Assembly (NCBI GenBank): GCA_963717505.1
Contig: OY970342.1
Span: forward strand, 2,816,001 to 2,880,000
DNA from: Candidatus Eiseniibacteriota bacterium
GTDB lineage: Bacteria; Eisenbacteria; RBG-16-71-46
DNA: 64,000 nucleotides
Direction of reading: 5' to 3'
The position numbers and the translations under genes were made by a program. This document shows, in pieces, positions 22,459 to 30,587 of the stretch; the stretch's first letter is position 1, and the number at the start of each line of letters is the position of its first letter. Below the pieces are notes generated by a model, which saw nothing but the letters and a program-made list of their open reading frames with translations, had not been told where the DNA came from and searched no databases.

Positions 22459-24044
22459 TCGCGAACGGCGATCGACCCGCCGCGGCGGCCGGGTCGTCGC
22501 CGCCGCCGAGGTCCGGCGGATGGCGATTGGGGATCGCGGCCGTGGCGCTCGTGGCGCTCGCCTGGTGGCTGGCCCGCGGCAATGCGCCCCCCGGGCCGGG
22601 GTCGGCCGACGATCGGCATGCGCTCTACGACGAACTGGTGCAGAAGACTCTGGCCTGGCAGGCGTTCGCCCCGATCAAGGATCGCGCGCTGGGTATCGAC
22701 TTCGCCCGCGATGCCGAATCGCTGGAGGAAGAGTTCCTGCTCGCGGACACCAACGAGCGGCTGGTTCGCGCCCTGATCAAACTGAGCAATCTGCGGCGCG
22801 ATCGTCACCTGCGCGTCGAACCCGCGCCGGGGGGCATCCTGATCGGCGACGAGACCATGGAGGCGCCGATCCGGTTCCTGCCGGACTACGGCGACTCGAA
22901 CCAGACGCGGTATTTCGTTTCGACGGTCGGGAGCGAGCTCGAACTGTTCGTGGACGTCGAGGTGGCGCCCGGTGATCTCCTGGTGTCGGTGGCCGGCATG
23001 CCGGTGAGCGAGTACCGGCGGCGGATGGACCCCTACCTTCGCTACTCGACGCGCGCCCAGGGCGACTGGGAGTTCGCGCTCGCGCTCAACACCGACGAGT
23101 CGGTCTTCGGCCCCGAGCTGGAACTGGCAGGTGAAGTCACGTACGGACTCGAACATCCGGGCGGAACGGAATACGAGATCACCGTTCCATTCCTCGAGCC
23201 CGATTCGCTGGCCTGGCCGTCTCCGACGCCGCGCCGCTTCCGTGGCTTTCGCCCGGTGTTCGAAACCACGTGCTACCGGCTCTACGAGCCCGACGACGGC
23301 CGTCCGATCGTGCTGATCGACTGGCGTCAGTTCGACATGGTGATGATCCGCACCGATCTCGATTCATTGACCGCATGGGCCACCCGTCACGGCCGGCTCG
23401 GGCACGACGTCATCGTCGACGCCACGCAAAGCGAGGGCGGCGCCTACGCGGACCTGCTGGTGCGCACGTTGGTCGATCGACCGTTCCGCGGAATGATGTG
23501 CAATCTTCGAATCAGCGATCTGCGCGACGAATTGACCCAGAAGGCGATTCGTCACTATGGCGATCCTTCACCACAGGTCGAGTGGTACCGGAACGACGTC
23601 GCCCGCGCCGCGGCCGAGGGCCTTGCGTACACGCCCCCGGCGCCGCTCCGGCTGCACGGTTCGCGCGATGGAATCGTGCAGCCGGCGCCGGTTCACTTCC
23701 GTGGCCGACTCGTGTGCCTGCTCGCCCCGCCCGGTGGCTCGAGCCTGGATCAGTTCGCGTCCCTGGTGATCGACAACCAGCTCGGACACGCGATCGGCAT
23801 GCCGACCTCGGGCTACAGCAATGCCTGGGAGTGGGACGAAGTCGTCCGGTTCCCGACCAACGGACGTCCGGTCGCGCGCTGCTCGTGGTCGGTCGGCTAC
23901 TCGATCCGCCCGAACGGCGAGATCCTCGAGGGCAATCCCGCGCTGCCCCAGGAACGTGTACCCCTGACTCGAGCCAATTTCGCGACCTATCACGACGACC
24001 TGCTCGAGCGCGCCCTCACGTACTTGGCGCGACCGCCCGGCTAG
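22455..24044 (+). CDS. Membrane-anchored S41-like peptidase (start uncertain)
   Basis: N-terminal TM, PDZ-like PGDLLVSVAG, IVDATQSEGG, GGSSLDQFAS and AIGMPTSG, resembling S41 motifs; start may be CTG 22455, TTG 22527 or GTG 22542. Confidence 0.6.
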   Translation: MIANGDRPAAAAGSSPPPRSGGWRLGIAAVALVALAWWLARGNAPPGPGSADDRHALYDELVQKTLAWQAFAPIKDRALGIDFARDAESLEEEFLLADTNERLVRALIKLSNLRRDRHLRVEPAPGGILIGDETMEAPIRFLPDYGDSNQTRYFVSTVGSELELFVDVEVAPGDLLVSVAGMPVSEYRRRMDPYLRYSTRAQGDWEFALALNTDESVFGPELELAGEVTYGLEHPGGTEYEITVPFLEPDSLAWPSPTPRRFRGFRPVFETTCYRLYEPDDGRPIVLIDWRQFDMVMIRTDLDSLTAWATRHGRLGHDVIVDATQSEGGAYADLLVRTLVDRPFRGMMCNLRISDLRDELTQKAIRHYGDPSPQVEWYRNDVARAAAEGLAYTPPAPLRLHGSRDGIVQPAPVHFRGRLVCLLAPPGGSSLDQFASLVIDNQLGHAIGMPTSGYSNAWEWDEVVRFPTNGRPVARCSWSVGYSIRPNGEILEGNPALPQERVPLTRANFATYHDDLLERALTYLARPPG

Positions 24045-24670
24045 GCCTCCTGCATGCCGAACACGCTGGCGGCGACCAGACCGCCGGCAAGTGGACCGAC
24101 CAGATAGATCCACACGTGCGCCAGGCTGCCGCCACCGGTCACCAGGTGCACCAACGTCGGGCCGAGTCCGACGGCGGGATTGAAGGCGCCGCCTGAGAAC
24201 GGTCCGCCGGCAAAGGCCGCCGTGCACACGGTGAACCCGATCGCCAGGCCATAGAAGGAATTGCCGTGGGTGCGCTGCGACACCGCAACGTTGAGCACCA
24301 CCAGCGCGAGCGCGAAGGTGAACAGGAACTCGACCAGCAGGGCCGCCAGCGGCGAGACACCGGGTCCGGGCGCGGGCGAGAAGCCGGCGCCGGTGACGAA
24401 CGCCGAAACCGCGGCCGCCGCGATCGCGCCCAGGAGCTGCACCGCCACATAGCCGCCGAATTCGCTCGGCGTCAGCTTGCCCCGCATCAGGAGCGCAAGA
24501 GACACCGCCGGGTTGTAGTGGGCGCCCGAGATGTGTCCGCCCATGTAGACCATGATCATGAGCGCCGAGCCAATGGCCAGGGCGGCGAGCGGTGTGCCGT
24601 TCGCGACCACGAGCCCGATCGTCAGGACCAGGAAGAATGTGCCGATGAACTCGGTGAGGTAGCGTTTCAT
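24041..24670 (-). CDS. MIP/aquaporin family channel
   Basis: EFIGTFFLV, SGAHYNPAVS and GGAFNPAV (two NPA motifs); GGAGG RBS. Confidence 0.93.
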   Translation of the reverse strand: MKRYLTEFIGTFFLVLTIGLVVANGTPLAALAIGSALMIMVYMGGHISGAHYNPAVSLALLMRGKLTPSEFGGYVAVQLLGAIAAAAVSAFVTGAGFSPAPGPGVSPLAALLVEFLFTFALALVVLNVAVSQRTHGNSFYGLAIGFTVCTAAFAGGPFSGGAFNPAVGLGPTLVHLVTGGGSLAHVWIYLVGPLAGGLVAASVFGMQEA

Positions 24671-24808
24671 GAGGCCTCCGGGTCGAGCGCGGCGTACCCG
24701 CGCGTCGGAGAAGACCCGGCTCGCACCGGGCCGCGCATGGCCGGGCACGATACTCGACGGGGAATGGTTCGGCGAGCGACCCCGGGCCCCACCGGCGGCA
24801 ATCAGGGA

Positions 24809-24837
24809 TTGACGGTGCAGGGGGCGAGTTCTAGCCT
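24809..24837 (+). promoter_or_regulatory. Sigma70-type promoter upstream of the pseudo-subtilase gene
   Basis: TTGACG (24809-24814), 17-nt spacer, TAGCCT (24832-24837). Confidence 0.55.
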
Positions 24838-25144
24838 CACGCGTGCGCACCGCCACCGCGGGGCGCAGAGCGGACCCCGATACCCCGCGCGCCACCACGG
24901 AATGCGGTCCCGGCGATCCGTTCGCGATTCCATGGGGCCGCCCGTGTATCGCAGGCCGTTTCACCTCGAGTGGTTTCGATGCCGCTCGGTCCGCTGGCCG
25001 GATCCCCCGCCGCCCACGAGGACCTCCGCCTCGGTGTGCCTCGGCGCCATGAGCGCTCTTCCCTTCGCGAATCGTTTTCGTGGCCCGGACGTGAAAGGCG
25101 ACTGGGCCGGCAGCATCGGATCTCCTTTCAATGAGAGTGACACC

Positions 25145-26938
25145 ATGAGCCACTTCAAGCATTGGCACCAGGTTCTAGCCGGAGCGCTCGCCATGGGCAC
25201 GATCCTGAGCGGAGTGCTAGCCCCGGCAGCATTGGCTCAGAGCGGACGCCAGAGACTCCCTGCGGACGAAATCACCTACGTCCTCACCGCGGCCGCGTGG
25301 GGCGAGGCGCAGGAAGCGGCGATCGGCGCGGCCGGTGGTTCGGTCCGCACGCGTCACGCCAGCGGTGTTGCCATCGTCACCAGCGAGTCGACCGACTTTC
25401 TCGCTCGAGTAATGAGCAGCGGCGCATTCACCGGAGGTGGTCATAGCTTTGCGTTCACCGCTCCGTCCGGCGACGTGGTGTCCAGCACCGCCGAGGCGGC
25501 CAGCGGACCGATGCTCGATGCCGTCCTGCCGGGCGACGAGTTCTTGATCAACATGCAGTGGTCCCTGACGGCGATCGGCGCTTCGACCGCGTGGGCCGGC
25601 GGCTGGGACGGAACCGGAGTGCGGGTTGCGGTGATCGACGGCGGCATCTACCCCGCTCACGCGGATCTCGATGCCAATCTCGACCTCGCCGCATCGCGCT
25701 CATTCGTGTCGGGCCGCAACATCGGACAGGACAACGTGGGATTCCGGCGCGCGTGTCATCTGGCCGGGATCATTGCCGCCGAGGACAACGCCCTCGGAAC
25801 CGTGGGCGTTGCGCCCCACGCCACGATCATCGTCTGCAAGGTGCTCGACAATGGTCTCGGGACGTTCGACGCGCTGATCGAGGCGATCCTCTACGCCGCG
25901 GACCCGGTTTCAGAGGGGGGCGGCGGCGCCGACATCATCCTGATCGGTTTCGCCAACCCGGTGGATCCGAACACGCCCGAGGGGGACGACCTCAAGGATG
26001 CGTTCAAGCAGGCCGTGCGCCACGCCGCGGACCGCAACGTGCTCGTGATCGGCGGCGTTGGGGATCATGGGCTCGACCTGGACGATCGGGAGAACCCGAT
26101 CTACTTGCCGGGTGAAACTCCGCGCGTGATCGGGGTCTCGGCGACGGCGCCCTCGGGCTTCGCGGTCGGCTATCCCAACGGCAATGCCGACTTCGCGCGT
26201 CCTGCGATCTACACCAACTTCGGTCGCAAGGCCGTGGATCTCGCGGGTCCGGGCGGAGACGACTCGGCGCCGTTCGAGGGTGTCTGTCAGATCCCGCGCG
26301 TGCCGCTGGGGACTCAGACCCTGCCCTGCCCGGTGTTCGACATGGTGGTCGCTCCGGGATTCGTGTCGGGATCGACGCCGGTGTTCAGCTGGTCGCTGGG
26401 AACCGGGGCGGCCGCCGCCCACGTTGCGGCAGTCGCGGCTTTGGTCCGCCAGAAGTATCCGAGTATCCATGTGAACGAATTGCGCGCGCATCTCCTGCGA
26501 ACGGCGGTGGGAGGGCCCGGAAATCTCGAAACTGTCGGCAACGATCCGTACATCGGTCGTGGCCTGGTCCACGCCGGCAACGCGCTGACGGTGCCATTGG
26601 AGGATGCCGCCCCGATCGCAGCTCCCGGAATCCAATCGGTCGCGGCCGGCCGGGTGGGGCCAGCACTTCTCGAGCTCGCGATCGCGCCGCAGCCGGTTCG
26701 GGGGACGACCACCTTCACATTGGTGCTGCCAGAAGCCGGCAGGGCACGGCTCGAGGTGATCGACCTCGCCGGGCGTAATATCGCGGTGGTGTTCGAGGGC
26801 GAGGTGTCCGCGGGTCGCAGGAACGTGACCTGGAATGGGGCGGGCCGCAGCGGTCGCCTGCCGCCGGGTGCCTATTTCGCAAGTCTGTCAGTCGGCGGCG
26901 CGCGCGCGGTGCGGCGTCTGGTGGTGGTCGGCGAGTAA
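25145..26938 (+). CDS. Secreted S8-fold protein with degenerate catalytic residues and FlgD-Ig/T9SS-like CTD
   Basis: Signal peptide and GVRVAVIDGG; HGTHVAG appears as RACHLAG, AAGN as GVGD, and GTSMA as GTGAA; CTD PQP...DLAGR...W.G...LPPGAY. Confidence 0.85.
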   Translation: MSHFKHWHQVLAGALAMGTILSGVLAPAALAQSGRQRLPADEITYVLTAAAWGEAQEAAIGAAGGSVRTRHASGVAIVTSESTDFLARVMSSGAFTGGGHSFAFTAPSGDVVSSTAEAASGPMLDAVLPGDEFLINMQWSLTAIGASTAWAGGWDGTGVRVAVIDGGIYPAHADLDANLDLAASRSFVSGRNIGQDNVGFRRACHLAGIIAAEDNALGTVGVAPHATIIVCKVLDNGLGTFDALIEAILYAADPVSEGGGGADIILIGFANPVDPNTPEGDDLKDAFKQAVRHAADRNVLVIGGVGDHGLDLDDRENPIYLPGETPRVIGVSATAPSGFAVGYPNGNADFARPAIYTNFGRKAVDLAGPGGDDSAPFEGVCQIPRVPLGTQTLPCPVFDMVVAPGFVSGSTPVFSWSLGTGAAAAHVAAVAALVRQKYPSIHVNELRAHLLRTAVGGPGNLETVGNDPYIGRGLVHAGNALTVPLEDAAPIAAPGIQSVAAGRVGPALLELAIAPQPVRGTTTFTLVLPEAGRARLEVIDLAGRNIAVVFEGEVSAGRRNVTWNGAGRSGRLPPGAYFASLSVGGARAVRRLVVVGE

Positions 26939-26950
26939 CTCACGGCGCCG

Positions 26951-26983
26951 AAAATACGGGCCGGGCGGGGACGCCCGGCCCGT
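26951..26983 (-). terminator. Intrinsic terminator between convergent genes (possibly bidirectional)
   Basis: Perfect 12-bp stem ACGGGCCGGGCG/CGCCCGGCCCGT (26956-26983) with a 4-nt loop; short ATTTT tract after it on the minus strand. Confidence 0.7.
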
Positions 26984-27009
26984 GCTTCATGAGAACGAGG
27001 TTGACGATG

Positions 27010-28212
27010 CTAGCGGTTGGCCGAGGTGCCGGGCACCGAGAGATCGGTGATCGCCGCCGGTGGCGTCGTGTCGGGGGTGGGGCCACCGCCACCACCACCG
27101 ACTGTGCGCGGGTCCCAGGTCGTGTCGATGACCAGGCCCATGGCGTTGGCCACGTGCTGCCAGGGAATGTACTTGTGGTTGGACGCCGAGCCGCCGGAAT
27201 TCGATGAATCGTGCACCACCAGGAGTCCCTGTGGGAATCCGGAACCCATCGGGAAGTTGGTCACGTCGAGGCCGTCGGTGCCGCTCACCGCGTCGATGCT
27301 CCCGTTGGCGACGACGTTGAAGCTCCCGATGTACGCGTTGGCGTTCTGGCGATGGTAGACGTAGAAGCGACTGTTGCCCTGGCTCGAGACCACGAGATAG
27401 CCGTTGCCGTTGCTGGTGTAGTAGAGGCCCAGGCCTTCGACGTCGGCCACCAGGTTGCCGCCCGATCCGGTGCGGTCGACCTGGACACGGGTCGAGCCAT
27501 CGCCCGGCTCGGCGCCGTAGCGGTAGACGCCGACCGCCTCCTCGCCAATGAAGAACTGGGCGTGGACGTCGTCGGCCACTGAACCCTCGGTCTGACCGCC
27601 GACGTCGAACGACCGTACCATGGTTCCGCTGACGTTGCCGCCGCCCGCGTCCTGCAGCTCGTACTGCTGGCAGACGCCGGACTTGGCGTTGGCGAAGTAG
27701 TAGTACTTGCCCGTGGTCGGGCTGACGTACATGCAGCCGCCGTAGGGTTCGAGGCTGGCCGCCGTGGTGATGCTGCCCGCCGGCTCGAGCTGCCGCGTCG
27801 TGGGATTGACCTTGAAGCAGTCGAGCTGTCGGTTGATCTCGTCGTTGACCACTACCAGGGCGACTCGCGTGTGCGCGCCACCGCCACCGCTGAAGTTGCC
27901 GGCCAGCGGGAAGTTGTACCGCAGATCGAGGTTGTTGTAGTTCGTGCCCTCGATGTACTGAAGTTCGACGCCGTCGAGCCCATAGACCATCAAGCCGCCG
28001 CCCTTGTCGTCGCCGATCACCAGACTGAGCGACGGGTCGGTCGGATGGATCCAGATCGAGCTGTCGTCGGCGTTGTCGCCGGAATGGTGCGCGGGTCCGG
28101 TTTCGACCGTCGGCTGAACCGAAGCATCCTGTGCGAAAGCGACGCCGTGTAGGCCGCCCGAGAGGCCGGCGACCACCAGGAAGGCAAGAAGCCAGGTTCG
28201 GTGGCGTCGCAT
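27010..28212 (-). CDS. Beta-propeller phytase (3-phytase), secreted
   Basis: ADDSSIWIHPTDP, DKGGGLMVYGLDG, NNLDLRYNF, QTEGSVADD, ADVEGL, VSSQGNS, TDGLDV and FPQGLLVVHD; signal peptide; AGAGGA RBS. Confidence 0.92.
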   Translation of the reverse strand: MRRHRTWLLAFLVVAGLSGGLHGVAFAQDASVQPTVETGPAHHSGDNADDSSIWIHPTDPSLSLVIGDDKGGGLMVYGLDGVELQYIEGTNYNNLDLRYNFPLAGNFSGGGGAHTRVALVVVNDEINRQLDCFKVNPTTRQLEPAGSITTAASLEPYGGCMYVSPTTGKYYYFANAKSGVCQQYELQDAGGGNVSGTMVRSFDVGGQTEGSVADDVHAQFFIGEEAVGVYRYGAEPGDGSTRVQVDRTGSGGNLVADVEGLGLYYTSNGNGYLVVSSQGNSRFYVYHRQNANAYIGSFNVVANGSIDAVSGTDGLDVTNFPMGSGFPQGLLVVHDSSNSGGSASNHKYIPWQHVANAMGLVIDTTWDPRTVGGGGGGPTPDTTPPAAITDLSVPGTSANR

Positions 28213-28238
28213 CGTGTCGTTCCTCTTGGGCCTGATGG

Positions 28239-30329
28239 TCACTTGCGGGGTGAGCTGGAAGTCGGGCTGGGCGCCGGGGCGCTGCGTACCGTGAGATCGG
28301 TGATCGCGGCCGGCGGGGTGACATCGATCGCGCTGCCGCCGCCCTTGATCATGGTGAAATGGTCGCGAACCGCACCGGTGTCGTCGAGGAAGACCGCGTC
28401 CATTCGATTGCCATTGAGGTCGAGGACCATCGAGCCCAGCGCGTTGACGGAATAGAACATGGCGGGATGATTGAGCGATCCGCCGCTGCGCTGGCCCGAA
28501 CTGCCGGCCACCGTGTAGACCGCTCCCTGGTGCGGCCCGGTGCCCAGGCTCGCCTTGGCGTAGGCGCCATCACCGTCCTCGCGGCCGTCCCCGCCATCGA
28601 CCTTCATCGCGGGGGTCAGCGTGCTCGAAACGTCGTAGTGGCCGTCGAGCAGGAACGACCTCTCGTAGGCATGACTGTGGCCGGTGAGCACCAGGTCGAC
28701 GCCGGCGGCTTCGAGGATGGGCACCAGGTACCGGCGCATGTCGCCCATGCGGCCACCGCTATCGCCTGAGTTGTCCGAGTCGTGCGAACCCTTGGTGTAG
28801 GGCGGATGGTGCCAGTAGGCGATCACCCAGTCGCGGGTCGTCGCGGCCAGGTCGTTCTCGAGCCAGGTGGCCATGGCACCGGTGGCGGTGCGCGGCGTGC
28901 CCTCGGAATCGAGACAGATGAAGTGGATGTTGCCGTAGTCGAACGAGTAGTAGGCCTCGGTGCCCGAAGCCAGGCCTCCCGCCTCGCCCGCGGTCGGCAT
29001 GCTGAAGAACTCGTAGTAGTCGTTGGCCGCGCCCGAGCGCACCCCGTCGTGGTTGCCACGCGTCGGCCACAACACCGTGGTCTTGAGCGTCGCCTCGTAG
29101 GGGTCGAAAACGCCACCCTGGTATTCGGAGTCGGTTCCCGAGTCGTAGGCATTGTCGCCGAGCATGAGCCAGACGTCGATGTTGCGCGTGCCGTTGTAGT
29201 CGAGGAACGCATCACGCACACGAGTCTGCTCCGAGGTGCCGGTGCCCGCGTCGCCCAGGATCCACACCCGAGTCGGTTTGGGCGTCCCGGGGGTCGGGGC
29301 GGTCACGAAGCTGTGCTGGGCGTCGTCGCCTTCCAGGTCGAGCGCATCGGTTCCGATCGCGTAGTAGTAGCGCGTGTTGGGCGCGAGGCCCGTGATCTGG
29401 ATCTCGTGCTCGGTGGCGGCGGTCGCGTCGAATGCGTTCGAAGTCAGTGCGCCGATCGAGGTGCCGTAGCGAACACGGGTCGGGGCCGCGACGTCGGTCC
29501 GCCAGCGCACCACCACGCTGGTCGGCGTTCCAATCTGGAGGAACGGGCCCCGCGTGACCACCGGATCGGCCAATAGCTGAGCCGGAACGGTACTCGCCGC
29601 CGGTGCCGCGGGAATCCGCGCAGCCGCCGGAGCCGGAGCAGCGCCGGCCTGTATTCGGGCGGTCATGCGTTCACGCCGCGCGGTAGCGGCTTCGGTCATG
29701 CCGGCCCGTTGCTCGGCGTCGGCGATCGCCAGCTCGAGGGTCACCACCGGGCCCAGGCGCTTGCTCCCGGCCTGGAGTGAGGCGAGCGCCTGATCGGGCG
29801 ATCCGGCTTCGGTCAGGAGTCGGGCGTGCTCGATGTAGAGATCAGGGCCGATGTGTCGGGCGAACTCGATCACGCGAGCCAGGTCCGCCGCGGCGGCTTC
29901 CGGCTTCTTCTGCGCTTCGTGGATCCGGGCCCGCAGCTTCCACGCCGCGACGTCGCGCGGCTCGCGCTCCAAGTGGTGATCGATCGTGGTCAGCGCCGCC
30001 GCATGCTGGCGTTCGCCGAGCAGCAGGGCCGCGCGGCAGAGTTCGAGACCTGGCAGGTCAGGATCGAGCCGAGCTGCCAGCTCGAGGTCGGCGCGTGCGG
30101 CGACCAGGTTGCCGGCGATCAAATGCAGTTCGCCCCGCATGAGCAACTCGTGCGCGGGGCTGTCGGCTTGCGAGATTCGTTGGTCGGCGCGGGCGATGTC
30201 GTCCGCGAGTGGCTGGTGGGCGAGAGCCGGCGCGGCCAGCGCCGAGAGCAATGCGACCACGACGCCTGCGATCCGGCGGGGATCGCGGTGGCTCGGGAAA
30301 CGATCGAGACGCGGGATTCCGGAGGTCAT
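28239..30329 (-). CDS. TPR + FN3-like + purple acid phosphatase (metallophosphoesterase), secreted
   Basis: Signal peptide, TPR-like helical N-terminus, TRGPFLQ...GLAPNTRYYY, and all five PAP motifs (GDAG, GDNAY, GNHD, WHHP, GHSH). Confidence 0.9.
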   Translation of the reverse strand: MTSGIPRLDRFPSHRDPRRIAGVVVALLSALAAPALAHQPLADDIARADQRISQADSPAHELLMRGELHLIAGNLVAARADLELAARLDPDLPGLELCRAALLLGERQHAAALTTIDHHLEREPRDVAAWKLRARIHEAQKKPEAAAADLARVIEFARHIGPDLYIEHARLLTEAGSPDQALASLQAGSKRLGPVVTLELAIADAEQRAGMTEAATARRERMTARIQAGAAPAPAAARIPAAPAASTVPAQLLADPVVTRGPFLQIGTPTSVVVRWRTDVAAPTRVRYGTSIGALTSNAFDATAATEHEIQITGLAPNTRYYYAIGTDALDLEGDDAQHSFVTAPTPGTPKPTRVWILGDAGTGTSEQTRVRDAFLDYNGTRNIDVWLMLGDNAYDSGTDSEYQGGVFDPYEATLKTTVLWPTRGNHDGVRSGAANDYYEFFSMPTAGEAGGLASGTEAYYSFDYGNIHFICLDSEGTPRTATGAMATWLENDLAATTRDWVIAYWHHPPYTKGSHDSDNSGDSGGRMGDMRRYLVPILEAAGVDLVLTGHSHAYERSFLLDGHYDVSSTLTPAMKVDGGDGREDGDGAYAKASLGTGPHQGAVYTVAGSSGQRSGGSLNHPAMFYSVNALGSMVLDLNGNRMDAVFLDDTGAVRDHFTMIKGGGSAIDVTPPAAITDLTVRSAPAPSPTSSSPRK

Positions 30330-30389
30330 GGAGTACCTCGGCGAAGGTGGCGCTTCCGGGATGATCCCTCTGAAAGCGGTGGTGGATCG

Positions 30390-30404
30390 GCAAAATGCGT
30401 GCCC
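30390..30404 (-). promoter_or_regulatory. Candidate sigma54 -24/-12 promoter of the phosphatase-phytase operon
   Basis: Minus strand reads GGGCACG-CATT-TTGC versus consensus TGGCACG-N4-TTGC; about 60 nt upstream of ATG 30329. Confidence 0.65.
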
Positions 30405-30495
30405 AGCGGTTCGCGCCAGGCTCAACTCGCGATCCGCATGCCCGCGTGCCCGTTATCGTCCAGCGGCCGGGTCTTCCTGAACTTGAAAAAGATCC

Positions 30496-30520
30496 TTCTG
30501 CACGATGTCAGATTGCAGAA
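30496..30520. promoter_or_regulatory. Inverted repeat, candidate enhancer-binding-protein site
   Basis: TTCTGCA-N11-TGCAGAA about 90-115 nt upstream of the sigma54 element, next to an AT-rich tract. Confidence 0.45.
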
Positions 30521-30587
30521 CGAGTGGCTCGGACCTGGGGGTGTTCGGGACCCGAAGCCCGCCGGGAGGGTATCATCACCAACGAAC

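Noticed and set aside
24671-24720. Nested hairpin in the aquaporin leader as a riboswitch
   Set aside because: GC-rich stems arise easily by chance and I recognised no aptamer consensus.
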